From Alphaproteobacteria bacterium (lineage in GTDB: Bacteria; Pseudomonadota; Alphaproteobacteria; UBA828), in NCBI GenBank assembly GCA_965220745.1, contig CBDCQT010000012.1, positions 576,001 to 640,000 on the forward strand: 64,000 nt of DNA, in the 5' to 3' direction. Position numbers and translations under genes: made by a program. A model generated the notes under the pieces. That model was not told the DNA's origin. It saw only the letters and a list, made by a program, of their open reading frames with translations, and ran no database searches. Shown one piece after another: positions 38,106 to 47,585 of the stretch. Each line of letters begins with the position of its first letter. Position 1 is the stretch's first letter.

Positions 38106-40628
38106 CTATTCCACTCGCAGGAGGGGCGCGGCCTTGCGGCCGAGCGCGCGCCATGTGCTCGCGAATCCGAGAACGAGCGTCATGGTTATACAGGCTGCGG
38201 CGGTCACGGCCACATATTCGGGCAGGAAGCGCCATTGCAGGTCGAGCACCTGGGTCACGAAGGCCCAGGCGGCCAACGTGCCGATGCCGATGGCGAGCCC
38301 GGCGATGGCGCAGCCGAGCAGGATGTGCTCGGCGAGGAAGGCGCGCAGCAGGTCCCCCCGCCGGGCGCCCAGCACCTTGAAGACGACCGCGTCGTGGACC
38401 CGGCGCTCGTGGCCGGCGGCGGTTGCGCCCGCCAGCACCAGCAGGCCCGCCGCCACCGTCAATCCGGCCACCGCCTGAATTGCCGCGCCGACTCGTCCCA
38501 TGAGTTCGTCCAAGGCCTCGATGATCGCGCGTATGGGGATCGCCGTGATGTTGGCGAAGCGCTCCGTCACCGCGCGCTCGAGCACGGGTTCCGCCTCCGG
38601 TGTCGCGTGCGCGGTGGCGAGCTGCGTCTGCGGCGCTCCCTCCAGGACTCCGGGCGAGAATATCACGAGGAAGTTGATATCGAAGGCAGTCCAGTCGACC
38701 CGGCGCAGACTCGCGACCTCGGCCGTGAACTCGCGCCCGAGCACGTTGATCGAGAGGGTGTCGCCCAACTCCAACCCAAAGTCGAGCGCCTCCTCTTCGG
38801 CGAGCGAGACCAGCGGCGGCCCGTCGTAGTCGGAGGGCCACCATTCGCCCGCGACGATCTCCGCATTGGGCGGCGCCTCGGCGGCGTAGCTGAGGCCGAT
38901 ATCGCTCTGCACCACCCATTCCGAGCCCGGCGCGACCTTGGCGTCCCGCACCGGGACGCCGTCGATGCGGACGACTCGGCCGCGCAGCATCGGCACCCGG
39001 CGGCCATAGTCGACGCCCGCAGTCTCTTCGATCAGCCGCTCGAACGGCGCGATCTGCTGCTTCTGGATATCGAGGAAGAAGAATGCCGGCCGCTCGTCGT
39101 TGCGCTGCTCGCTGAGCATCGCGCCGAGATTGCCCTCGACCAGCGCGATCGAGACCAGGACCGCGAGTCCGGTGCCCAAGGACATCGCGACAGGAACCGT
39201 GGGCGCCCCCGGCCGCGCCAGATTGGCGAAGCCCAGCCTCAGCGCGGGGAGCCGCCGCGGGCGCGTGCGCCGTGCCAGGACGACCACCAGGGCCGCCGCT
39301 GCCCTGAAGATCGCAAGCGCCACCGGCGCGCCCAGGACGAAGCCCAGCGCGATGCTCATGCGCGGTGCGGTGCCGACGGCGATGCCGGCAAGCGCCAGCG
39401 CGGCGAGCGCCGTGCCCATGATCGCCACGAGGGGCGGCCAGCCCGAGGCCGGCGCGGCGGCACCGCGAAAGAGCACGCCGGGGCGGGTCCGCGCGGCGCG
39501 GCCGAGCGGCCAGAGCGAGAAAGCGAGCATGGTCAGCGCGCCATAGGCTGCGGCGAGGGCGAGCGGCGCCCCGTGGATCACGCCCGCCAGCGGCACCGGC
39601 AGCGTGTCGCCGAACAGGGCGGAGAGGACGGGCGGTGCCGCAGCGCCGAGGATCAGACCCGCCGCGATGGCCCCGAGCCCGAGCACGCCAAGCTGGAGCA
39701 GGAAGGCGCGTTGCACAGTGGCCTGCGTCGCGCCCACGCACTTGAGCGCCGCGATGGTGTGCAGCTTGCCGTGCAGGTGGCTCGAGACGGCGCTGGCGAC
39801 GCCAATGCCGCCGACCAGCAGAGCGGCGAGGCCCGCGAGGGTGAGGAACAGCCCGACCCGGTCGAGCTGGCGCCGGAGCGACGGGTTGGCGTCGCGGGTA
39901 TCGCGCAGTCGCCAGACTGCATCGGGAAATGCCGTCTCCAGGCCCGCCACCCAGCCCCCGACTGCCGTGCCGTCGGGCACGAGCGCGCGGTAGCGGTGCC
40001 GCACCAGGGTGCCCGGCCGCACCAACTGCGTCTCTTGCAGCGACGCGTGGTCCATCATCAGGCGGGGGCCGAGCGCGATGCCGCCGGTGAGCCGGTCGGG
40101 CTCGCGCACGAGCACGCCGCGTACCGTTAGGAGCGCCGCGCCGATCCGGACCCTGTCGCCAATGCCGATGCCGAGGCGGTCGAGCAATCCCTTGTCGACC
40201 GCAGCACCCCCATCGGCCAACGCGTCCGCGAGCGTCGTGCCGTCCTCCAGGCGCGCTCGATCGACCAGCGGATAGGCGCCGTCCACCGCCTTGAGCTCGA
40301 CCAGCGAGCGGTGCGCGCCGTCCTCGTCGCGGGCCATGCCGCGCATGGTGACGACATGCGAGAGCGCGGCGGTGTTCGCCTCGAGGTAGGCCATCGGCTC
40401 CTGGGCGAGCGGTTGCGAGAATTGGACCAGCTCGACATCGCCGCCGAGGATCATGCGGGCATCGCGGGCGAGACCGGCCTTGAGCGCCTCGCCGAGCGAG
40501 CCGACGGCGGCGGTAATGCCGACGCCCAGGATCAGACAGGCGAGGAAGACGCGGAAACCGCGCACGCCCCCGCGCAGCTCGCGCCGGGCGATGCGCCACG
40601 AGGCCGGCGCCTGAAAGGGCAGTACCAT
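38106..40628 (-). CDS. FtsX-like ABC permease (YbbP-like)
   Basis: RIARRELRGG, ILGGDVEL, ELKAVDGAYPL, PAFFFLDIQ, LRRVDW, KVLGA. Confidence 0.9.
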   Translation of the reverse strand: MVLPFQAPASWRIARRELRGGVRGFRVFLACLILGVGITAAVGSLGEALKAGLARDARMILGGDVELVQFSQPLAQEPMAYLEANTAALSHVVTMRGMARDEDGAHRSLVELKAVDGAYPLVDRARLEDGTTLADALADGGAAVDKGLLDRLGIGIGDRVRIGAALLTVRGVLVREPDRLTGGIALGPRLMMDHASLQETQLVRPGTLVRHRYRALVPDGTAVGGWVAGLETAFPDAVWRLRDTRDANPSLRRQLDRVGLFLTLAGLAALLVGGIGVASAVSSHLHGKLHTIAALKCVGATQATVQRAFLLQLGVLGLGAIAAGLILGAAAPPVLSALFGDTLPVPLAGVIHGAPLALAAAYGALTMLAFSLWPLGRAARTRPGVLFRGAAAPASGWPPLVAIMGTALAALALAGIAVGTAPRMSIALGFVLGAPVALAIFRAAAALVVVLARRTRPRRLPALRLGFANLARPGAPTVPVAMSLGTGLAVLVSIALVEGNLGAMLSEQRNDERPAFFFLDIQKQQIAPFERLIEETAGVDYGRRVPMLRGRVVRIDGVPVRDAKVAPGSEWVVQSDIGLSYAAEAPPNAEIVAGEWWPSDYDGPPLVSLAEEEALDFGLELGDTLSINVLGREFTAEVASLRRVDWTAFDINFLVIFSPGVLEGAPQTQLATAHATPEAEPVLERAVTERFANITAIPIRAIIEALDELMGRVGAAIQAVAGLTVAAGLLVLAGATAAGHERRVHDAVVFKVLGARRGDLLRAFLAEHILLGCAIAGLAIGIGTLAAWAFVTQVLDLQWRFLPEYVAVTAAACITMTLVLGFASTWRALGRKAAPLLRVE

Positions 40629-40634
40629 CGGGCC

Positions 40635-41318
40635 TCAGCCCTCGGCGGGCGCCACGATCCGCCCGTCGGCGATATGCACCATGCGGTCGCAGCGCGCGGC
40701 GAGGTCGTGATCGTGGGTAACGAGGATCAGCGTCGAGCCTCCCACGGCGCGCATGCGGAAGAGTTCCCCCATCACCGCATCCCCGGTCTCGCCGTCGAGG
40801 TTGCCGGTGGGCTCGTCGGCAAGCAGCACGTCCGGTTGCGGCACGAAGGCCCGGGCAAGCGCCACGCGCTGCTGCTCGCCGCCGGAGAGCTGGCTCGGGT
40901 AATGCTGCACGCGCTCGCCGAGGCCGACGCTCGCCAGCGCCTCCCGCGCAGCGCCGAAGGGGTCGCCGTGGCTGCCGAGTTCCAGGGGCAGCGCGACGTT
41001 CTCCAGCGCCGTCATGGTCGGGATCAGGTGGAATGCCTGAAACACGATGCCGACGGCGCTGCGCCTGAAGGCGGCGAGGTCGCTCTCGCCCAGGCCGCCG
41101 ATGTCGGTGCCGCTCACGACGATGCGGCCCTGGTCCGCCCGCTCCAGGCCCGCGATGATCGCGAGCAGGGTCGACTTGCCGGCGCCGGACGGCCCGAGCA
41201 CGGCGATGCTCTCGCTTCGCTCTGCGGTGAGCGAGACGCCCCGCAGAATGTTGACGGGACCAGCCTTGCTGGTCAGGGTGAGGTGCACGTCATCCAGCAC
41301 CACCGCCGGATCGCTCAT
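40635..41318 (-). CDS. ABC ATP-binding protein (YbbA-like)
   Basis: GPSGAGKST, LSGGEQQRVALARA, ADEPTGNLD, VTHD. Confidence 0.92.
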   Translation of the reverse strand: MSDPAVVLDDVHLTLTSKAGPVNILRGVSLTAERSESIAVLGPSGAGKSTLLAIIAGLERADQGRIVVSGTDIGGLGESDLAAFRRSAVGIVFQAFHLIPTMTALENVALPLELGSHGDPFGAAREALASVGLGERVQHYPSQLSGGEQQRVALARAFVPQPDVLLADEPTGNLDGETGDAVMGELFRMRAVGGSTLILVTHDHDLAARCDRMVHIADGRIVAPAEG

Positions 41319-41976
41319 GTCATCCCGCCGCTCCTCCGGCCGCGTCATATCGTGGATCGGAGCCGCCTTGTGCGCGTGGCTCCTGCTGCTCGGCCCGGTG
41401 TCGGGCGCCGCCGAGGAGCCCCGAATCGCCGTGCTGGGGGACAGCCTGACCGCCGGCTTCGGATTGCCGCGCGAGGACGCCTTCCCGGCGCGTCTGGAGG
41501 CCGCGCTCAGGGCCAAGGGCCACGCCTGGCAGGTGATCGACGCCGGGGTCTCCGGCGACACCAGCGCCGGCGGGCTGGCGCGGCTCGACTGGGTGCTCGC
41601 CGACGAGCCGGAGGTCGTGATCGTCGAGCTCGGCGCCAACGACGGTCTGCGCGGGCTGCCGACGGAGCAGATGGAGGCCAATCTCGACGCGATCCTGACG
41701 CAAGTGCGCGACTCCGGCGCGGCGACGCTGCTCGCCGGCATGCGTGCGCCGGCCAACTTCGGCCCCGACTATGAAGCCGCGTTCCACGCCGTCTATGAGC
41801 GCCTCGCCGCCAGGCATGGGGTGGCGTTCTATCCGTTCTTTCTCGAAGGGGTGGCCATGGAGCCCGACCTCAACCAGTCGGACGGTATCCATCCCAACGC
41901 GGCCGGCGTGGCCGAGATCGTGCGGCGCATCCTGCCCCATGTGGTGGCCGTCATCGCCCGGCACAAGGGCGGCTGA
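41317..41976 (+). CDS. tesA: Arylesterase / acyl-CoA thioesterase I (SGNH/GDSL)
   Basis: Signal peptide; GDSLTAG, GVSGDT, ELGANDGLRG, DGIHPN; divergent from the ybbAP-like genes. Confidence 0.9.
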   Translation: MSSRRSSGRVISWIGAALCAWLLLLGPVSGAAEEPRIAVLGDSLTAGFGLPREDAFPARLEAALRAKGHAWQVIDAGVSGDTSAGGLARLDWVLADEPEVVIVELGANDGLRGLPTEQMEANLDAILTQVRDSGAATLLAGMRAPANFGPDYEAAFHAVYERLAARHGVAFYPFFLEGVAMEPDLNQSDGIHPNAAGVAEIVRRILPHVVAVIARHKGG

Positions 41977-42000
41977 AGGGCAGGGGAGGGGGCACGACCG

Positions 42001-42552
42001 ATGATCCGCCTGTTCGTCGCTCTCGCGCTGCCGGAGGACGTCCGCCGCCGCATGGAGGGGTTGCGGGGCGGCTTGCCCGGCGCGCGCTGGCAGAGCGCGG
42101 AGCAGATGCACCTCACGCTCCGCTTCATCGGCGAGGTGGATGGCGGTGCTTTTCGCGAGATCGGGGACGCGCTCGGCGACATCGAGGCGGAGACCTTCTC
42201 GCTGACGCTGGATGGCGTCGGACACTTCCCGCCGCGCGGGCGGGCGCGCATCGTCTGGGCCGGCGTGGTGCCGAATCCGGCGCTCACGCACTTGCGCGAG
42301 CGCACCGAGTCTACGATCACCAGCCTCGGCTTCGAGCCTGACGGCCGCAATTTTGCGCCCCACGTCACGCTCGCGCGCCTCACCGCCCGCGTGCCGGCCC
42401 ATCGGATGCAAGACTTCGTCTCCTACCACGGCATGTTCAACAGCGGGCCGTTCGCGGTGCGCTCGTTCGAGCTTTTCTCGAGCCATCTCGGCGCAGGCGG
42501 CGCGCATTACGAGATCGAGGCGAGCTACCCGCTGGTGGGCGCGGAAACCTAG
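42001..42552 (+). CDS. thpR: RNA 2',3'-cyclic phosphodiesterase (2H family)
   Basis: RLFVAL, HLTLRFIG and PHVTLAR (two HxT motifs). Confidence 0.92.
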   Translation: MIRLFVALALPEDVRRRMEGLRGGLPGARWQSAEQMHLTLRFIGEVDGGAFREIGDALGDIEAETFSLTLDGVGHFPPRGRARIVWAGVVPNPALTHLRERTESTITSLGFEPDGRNFAPHVTLARLTARVPAHRMQDFVSYHGMFNSGPFAVRSFELFSSHLGAGGAHYEIEASYPLVGAET

Positions 42553-42582
42553 TTATCGGTCGAGGCTCCGGCGCGCGCCACG

Positions 42583-42981
42583 TCATCCGGTTTCCTCGAT
42601 CCGTTCCATGTCCTCGTCCGAGAGGCCGAAATGGTGGCCGATCTCGTGGATCAGCACGTGGCGGACCACGTCCTCCAGGCTATTGCCGGTCTCGACCCAG
42701 TAGTCGAGGAGCGGCCGGCGGTAGAGGAAGATCAGGTCGACATCCTCGCGGATGTCGTGGACCCCGCTCTGGTCGAGGGAGACGCCCTGATAGAGGCCGA
42801 GTAGCTCGTAGGGGCTCTCCAGTTCCATCTCCTCCTGCACCTCGTCGCTGGGAAAGTCCACGACCTGGATCATCACCGGGTCGACCTTCTCGCGCATGAA
42901 GGCGGGGATGCGGCGGTATTCACGGTCCGCGATCGACTCGATGTCCGCCGCGCTCGGCGCCTGGGTTTTTTGCCCGCTCAT
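42583..42981 (-). CDS. Minimal zincin-like metallopeptidase
   Basis: LLGLYQG, IFLYRRP, HEIGHHFGLSD (HExxH). Confidence 0.88.
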   Translation of the reverse strand: MSGQKTQAPSAADIESIADREYRRIPAFMREKVDPVMIQVVDFPSDEVQEEMELESPYELLGLYQGVSLDQSGVHDIREDVDLIFLYRRPLLDYWVETGNSLEDVVRHVLIHEIGHHFGLSDEDMERIEETG

Positions 42982-43076
42982 GGCGGCAAGCCTAAAGCCT
43001 ATGCGGCCTTAGAGAAATCGTGCGGGGCGCTATACTGCGCCGCTTCGAGGGAATGCAGGCTGGGGAGGCCGGGACG

Positions 43077-43907
43077 GTGAGCAACAGAGAGGCGCTGCTG
43101 CGCGCACTCCGCGAGCAGGCGCTCGACATCCGGCGCAATACGTGGCGGGCGTTGCGTGCGGCGGGTTCCGGCCACATGGGGGGCTCGCTCTCTGCGGCCG
43201 ACCTGCTGGCTGCGCTCTACTTCCACTACCTCAACCTCCGACCCGACGAGCCCGACTGGCCCGAGCGCGACCGCTTCGTGCTTTCCAAGGGGCACGCCAA
43301 CACGGCGCTCGGCGCGGTGCTGGCCCAGGCTGGCTTCGTGGACGACGGGTTCATCGACACCTTCTACGCCTACGAATCGCGATTCGGCATGCACCCGGAC
43401 ATCAAGGTCCCCGGCATCGAGATGTGCACCGGCGCCCTCGGCCACGGCCTCTCGGTCGGGCTCGGCATGGCGCTCGGGTCCAGGCTGCAGGGCAAGGACT
43501 GGCGCACCGTGGTGATGCTGGGCGACGGCGAGCTGCAGGAAGGCTCCAACTGGGAGGCGGCGATGGCCGCCGCCCATCTGGCGCCGCTCCGACTCACCGC
43601 CATCCTCGACTACAACAAGGTGCAGCAGAGCGGCCACGTCGCCGAGATGCTGGGGCTGGAGCCGCTGGCGGACAAGTGGCGGGCCTTCGGCTGGTCCGTG
43701 CCCGAATGCGACGGGCACGACATGGGAGAGATCGTCGATGCCCTGGACGCGCTGCCCGCCGCACCTGACAAGCCCTCGCTGCTCATCGCCCACACGGTCA
43801 AGGGCAAGGGCGCGAGCTTCGCCGAGGACACCTACCTCTGGCACAACAACGCGGTGGGCGACGAGGTCTACGAGAAGGCCATGGCCGAGCTGGGAGAGCC
43901 CGCATGA
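43077..43907 (+). CDS. Split transketolase, N-terminal (ThDP-binding) subunit
   Basis: GTG after GGGGAGG; SGHMGGSLS, DRFVLSKGH, GDGELQEGSNWEA, HTVKGKG. Confidence 0.9.
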   Translation: MSNREALLRALREQALDIRRNTWRALRAAGSGHMGGSLSAADLLAALYFHYLNLRPDEPDWPERDRFVLSKGHANTALGAVLAQAGFVDDGFIDTFYAYESRFGMHPDIKVPGIEMCTGALGHGLSVGLGMALGSRLQGKDWRTVVMLGDGELQEGSNWEAAMAAAHLAPLRLTAILDYNKVQQSGHVAEMLGLEPLADKWRAFGWSVPECDGHDMGEIVDALDALPAAPDKPSLLIAHTVKGKGASFAEDTYLWHNNAVGDEVYEKAMAELGEPA

Positions 43908-44884
43908 ATGCGCCCAAGCAGGGCAACGGGGCGGAGCCCGCCTGGGTCAAGGCGGCGGCCAACCAATCGCGATTGGCCTTCGGGCTGGCCGTGACCGAGC
44001 TTGGCCGGCGCGACGAGCGGGTGGTCGCGGTCGGCGCCGATACCCTCGACCTCATCGGGCTCAGGGGCTTCATCGAGCACGCGCCCGCGCGGGTCATCGA
44101 CGTCGGCATCGCCGAGCAGAACGCCATGGGCGTGGCCGCGGGGCTCGCCACCACGGGGCTTCGCCCCTTCGTCTGCGGCTACGCGCCCTTCATCACCGCG
44201 CGCTCCATGGAGCAGATCCGCAACGAGGTCGCCTACGCCGATCAGCGCGTGGTGATCGGTGCGGCGGCGAGCGGGGTCTCGCTCGCCGTCTCCGGCGGCA
44301 CCCATCATGCGCTGGAGGACCTGGCGCTAATGCGGAGCCTGCCCAACATGACGGTGCTGGTACCGGCGGACGCCCACGAGGCCTGGCACGCGACGCTGGC
44401 CACCGACGAGATCGACGGCCCCGCCTACATTCGCCTCGGCGGGCGCGTGCCCGAGCCCCCGGTGACGCCCGTCGATGCGCCGTTCAGCCTGGGCCGGGCC
44501 GCGTGTCTAGCCGAGGGCTCGGACGTCGCCGTGATCGCCTGCGGGGCCCTGGTGGCGCCGGCCGTGGACGCGGCAAAGGAACTCGCCGAGCAGGGTATCG
44601 GCGCGCGTGTCCTCAACATGTCTACGATCAAGCCGCTGGACGAGGATGCGGTCCTCGCCGCTGCCGAGGAGACGCGCGGCATCGTCACCGCCGAGGAGCA
44701 TCATCTGACCGGCGGGCTCGGCGGCGCGGTGGCGGAGTTGCTCGCCGTCAGGCGGCCGACGCCCATGCGCATGGTCGGCATGCCCGACGAGTTCGCGGTC
44801 GTCGGCCCTACCGACCGCATCCGCGCGCGCTACGGCATGAGCGCCCGGCACATCGTGGACGCTTGCCTCGACCTGTTGGGCTAG
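43904..44884 (+). CDS. Split transketolase, C-terminal subunit
   Basis: ATGA overlap; GIAEQN, RSMEQIRN, GGTHHALED, STIKPLD, EEHHLTGGLG. Confidence 0.9.
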   Translation: MNAPKQGNGAEPAWVKAAANQSRLAFGLAVTELGRRDERVVAVGADTLDLIGLRGFIEHAPARVIDVGIAEQNAMGVAAGLATTGLRPFVCGYAPFITARSMEQIRNEVAYADQRVVIGAAASGVSLAVSGGTHHALEDLALMRSLPNMTVLVPADAHEAWHATLATDEIDGPAYIRLGGRVPEPPVTPVDAPFSLGRAACLAEGSDVAVIACGALVAPAVDAAKELAEQGIGARVLNMSTIKPLDEDAVLAAAEETRGIVTAEEHHLTGGLGGAVAELLAVRRPTPMRMVGMPDEFAVVGPTDRIRARYGMSARHIVDACLDLLG

Positions 44885-44927
44885 GGGCGCTGCGCCACAA
44901 CCGCTTCCACTTGCGGGGAGAGTGGAA

Positions 44928-45623
44928 ATGAGACGCACGACAGTTCTGGGATGCGCGTTGTTGGTCGTTGCCGGTTGCGGTGGCGGAAGCAACAGCGTCG
45001 AAGAGATGATGACCACGGGGCCGGTTCAGCCTGCCAGCGAAGCCACGCTAAGCACCACTGGCGAATTTCGAGCCGTCCCGATCAATGGCACCGGAGTTGC
45101 CTTCACGGCGGAATTCTACAAATGGGGGGTATGGGGAGGAGTCCTCAGAGACGACTATGTCACGTGCACGGCCATCGGTTGTCCGCCCGCGGGCGAAGCA
45201 ATCTTTTGGGCGTACCTGACCAGCGAGACCGACGGGACGATCACCGCAACAGTGCACGGCGCACAGTCGGGAACGTCGCCGGTGAGCGGGAGCGCCGTGT
45301 GGAGCGGCGATGTCCACGCCTATGAGACGGAAGACGTTACGACCTCCGGGGGGATGTCCGTCACGACTTACGCGCCAGTGGAAGGTGACGCGCGGCTGGA
45401 GGTCGACTTCGCGGCCGCTACCGTCGATATCGATTTCACGAACTTGGACAACAGCCAGGCAGACATGTCCTGGGACGGGCTCGCCGTGGACAACGGCGCG
45501 TTCGGGAGCGGAGCCGCGGGCATAGCGGGCTCGTTCTATGGCGCGGGTCATGAAGGCGCCGCCGGCACCTTCGCCCGCGACGGCCTTGCGGGCGTGTTCG
45601 GCGCTCTCCGCTCTTCCAACTGA
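44928..45623 (+). CDS. Hypothetical lipoprotein with TbpB-like C-terminal beta-barrel
   Basis: Lipobox LVVAGC then GGGS linker; GSAVWSG, GDARLEVDF, GSFYGAGHEGAAGTF..LAGVFGA. Confidence 0.7.
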   Translation: MRRTTVLGCALLVVAGCGGGSNSVEEMMTTGPVQPASEATLSTTGEFRAVPINGTGVAFTAEFYKWGVWGGVLRDDYVTCTAIGCPPAGEAIFWAYLTSETDGTITATVHGAQSGTSPVSGSAVWSGDVHAYETEDVTTSGGMSVTTYAPVEGDARLEVDFAAATVDIDFTNLDNSQADMSWDGLAVDNGAFGSGAAGIAGSFYGAGHEGAAGTFARDGLAGVFGALRSSN

Positions 45624-46061
45624 GCCGGCGCAGGCGGTTCCACCGTCGCCACCTGTACCCTCCTTTTGCCCCGGACCATGGTGCGGTGCTCGGCGGGCAG
45701 CGGCCGCGTCATGATCGCGCCATGCGGAACGAGGGCGAGCGGCGCGCGATGGTAGTGGCAAGGGGGCGCTTCCCGGTCGAGGGGTTGCCGTCTGCGCCGG
45801 CGGCCGCCCGTCCGGCAGTCCCGAACTTGTCCCACGCATCCCGCCTAATCCCGGCGTGTCTCGCCTCAAATTTTTGTTTCGCGTCCCATGTCCTTGGAGC
45901 GGGCCGGCATCGTCGATCCAGGCGCACCCGTCTGGATTACGAGGTCTGCACCCGTCGCGAGCTTGCGTCTCCTCAGCGATGACATGAGAATGGCAGGCGT
46001 GGCCGGGGCGGCGGCTAAGCGCCCCGGTGCCCCGGAAATGTCAGCGTGCGGGAGGTCGGCG

Positions 46062-47552
46062 ATGCTCGAACGCTCCGAATGGTACGATATCGCGCGGGAT
46101 ACCAACTGGACGCCCTCCTACGTCTCGCAGGAGGCGCTGTTTCCGCCCGAGATGGGCGATCCCTACGGCATTCCCACCGAGGAGTGGGAGACCTTCGACG
46201 AGCCTTACAAGGTCTCCTACCGCGAGTACGTGAACATTCAGCGCGAGAAGGATTCGGCCGCCTACTCGGTGAAGGCGGCGCTGGCGCGCTCCAAGTTCCA
46301 CGACGAGGCCGATGAGGGCTGGGCCTGCGTGCTCAAGCTGCACTACGGCGCCGTGGCGCTCACCGAGTACCAGGCCTGCCAGTTCCAGGCGCGGATGTCG
46401 CGCTTCGGCCCGTCGCCCGCGATGCGCAACATGTCGGTCTACGGCATGCTGGACGAGCTGCGGCACACGCAGCTTCAGCTCTTCTTCCCGCACGAGCTGG
46501 TCCACCGCGACCGCCAGTACGACTGGGCCCACGAGGCCCAGCACTCCAAGAACTGGGCGGTTTTAGGCGGCCGCCACGCCATGGACGACATCATGATGAC
46601 GCGGGACGCGATCACGTCTTCGGTGATGGTCTCCTTCGCCTTCGAGACCGCGCTCACCAACCTGCAGATGATCGGGCTTTCGACCGACGCCGCCAATCTG
46701 GGCGACCACACCTTCGCCAACCTGATCACCAGCATCCAGTCGGACGAGGCCCGTCACGCCCAGCTCGGCACGCCCACCATCGAGATCATGATCCGCAACG
46801 GCCGCAAGGAGGAAGCGCAGCAGGCCATGGACATCGCGCTCTGGCGGGTCTGGCGGCTCTTCTCGATCACTGTCGGCATCCCGATGGACTACTACATCCC
46901 GCTCGAGCAGCGGCACATGTCCTTCAAGGAGTTCATGCACGAGTGGGTGATCAACCAGTGGGAGCGGCAGGTGCAGGACCTCGGCCTGGAGCGGCCGTGG
47001 TACTGGGACATCTTCCTCCTCGACATCGACAATCACCACCACTGCCAGCAGGGCGGCATCTGGTCGTGGCGGCCGACGGTCTGGTGGAACCCGCCGGGCG
47101 CGGTGGGGCCCAAGGAGCGTGCGTGGCTGGAGGAGAAGTATCCCGGCTGGAACAAGAGCTACGGCAGCTATTGGGATGTCATCACCAACAACCTGCTGCA
47201 GGGGCACGAGGAAAAGACGCATCCCCAGTGCATCCCGATCATCTGCAACATGTGCCAGATTCCGATCTCGCACCGGCCGGGCCCGGAGTGGGGCGCCCGC
47301 GCCTACCAGCGCGAGTACGGCGAGCGGCGCTACAACTTCTGCACCGAGGTGTGCCGCTGGATCTTCGATACCGACCCGGAGCGCTACAAGGACCACGAGA
47401 CCATCGTGGACCGCATGTATTCGGGCGAGATCGATCCGCCGACGTTGGAGAACGTGCTCACCTACATGGGCATCGGCGTGATCAGCGAGGGCGGCCGCGA
47501 CGGTCACGACTACCGTTGGGTCGAGGGTTTTCGCGCCCAGGCGGCGGAATAG
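46062..47552 (+). CDS. tmoA: Soluble di-iron monooxygenase hydroxylase alpha subunit (toluene/alkene group, TmoA/TouA-like) with YHS-like C-terminus
   Basis: ATG after GGGAGG; WYDIARDTNWTPSYV; iron ligands in TEY, DELRH, FET, DEARH; WLEEKYPGW. Confidence 0.93.
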   Translation: MLERSEWYDIARDTNWTPSYVSQEALFPPEMGDPYGIPTEEWETFDEPYKVSYREYVNIQREKDSAAYSVKAALARSKFHDEADEGWACVLKLHYGAVALTEYQACQFQARMSRFGPSPAMRNMSVYGMLDELRHTQLQLFFPHELVHRDRQYDWAHEAQHSKNWAVLGGRHAMDDIMMTRDAITSSVMVSFAFETALTNLQMIGLSTDAANLGDHTFANLITSIQSDEARHAQLGTPTIEIMIRNGRKEEAQQAMDIALWRVWRLFSITVGIPMDYYIPLEQRHMSFKEFMHEWVINQWERQVQDLGLERPWYWDIFLLDIDNHHHCQQGGIWSWRPTVWWNPPGAVGPKERAWLEEKYPGWNKSYGSYWDVITNNLLQGHEEKTHPQCIPIICNMCQIPISHRPGPEWGARAYQREYGERRYNFCTEVCRWIFDTDPERYKDHETIVDRMYSGEIDPPTLENVLTYMGIGVISEGGRDGHDYRWVEGFRAQAAE

Positions 47553-47585
47553 CCAAGCGGCACCTATCGCGTTGCTGAGGGCGGC

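Noticed and set aside
45624-46061. Possible remnant of tmoE, a regulator or a sigma54 promoter upstream of tmoA
   Set aside because: No recognisable beta-subunit or regulator peptide in the listed frames; TGGCA sites lack a correctly spaced GC; the ORF extension to 45888 is not TmoA-like
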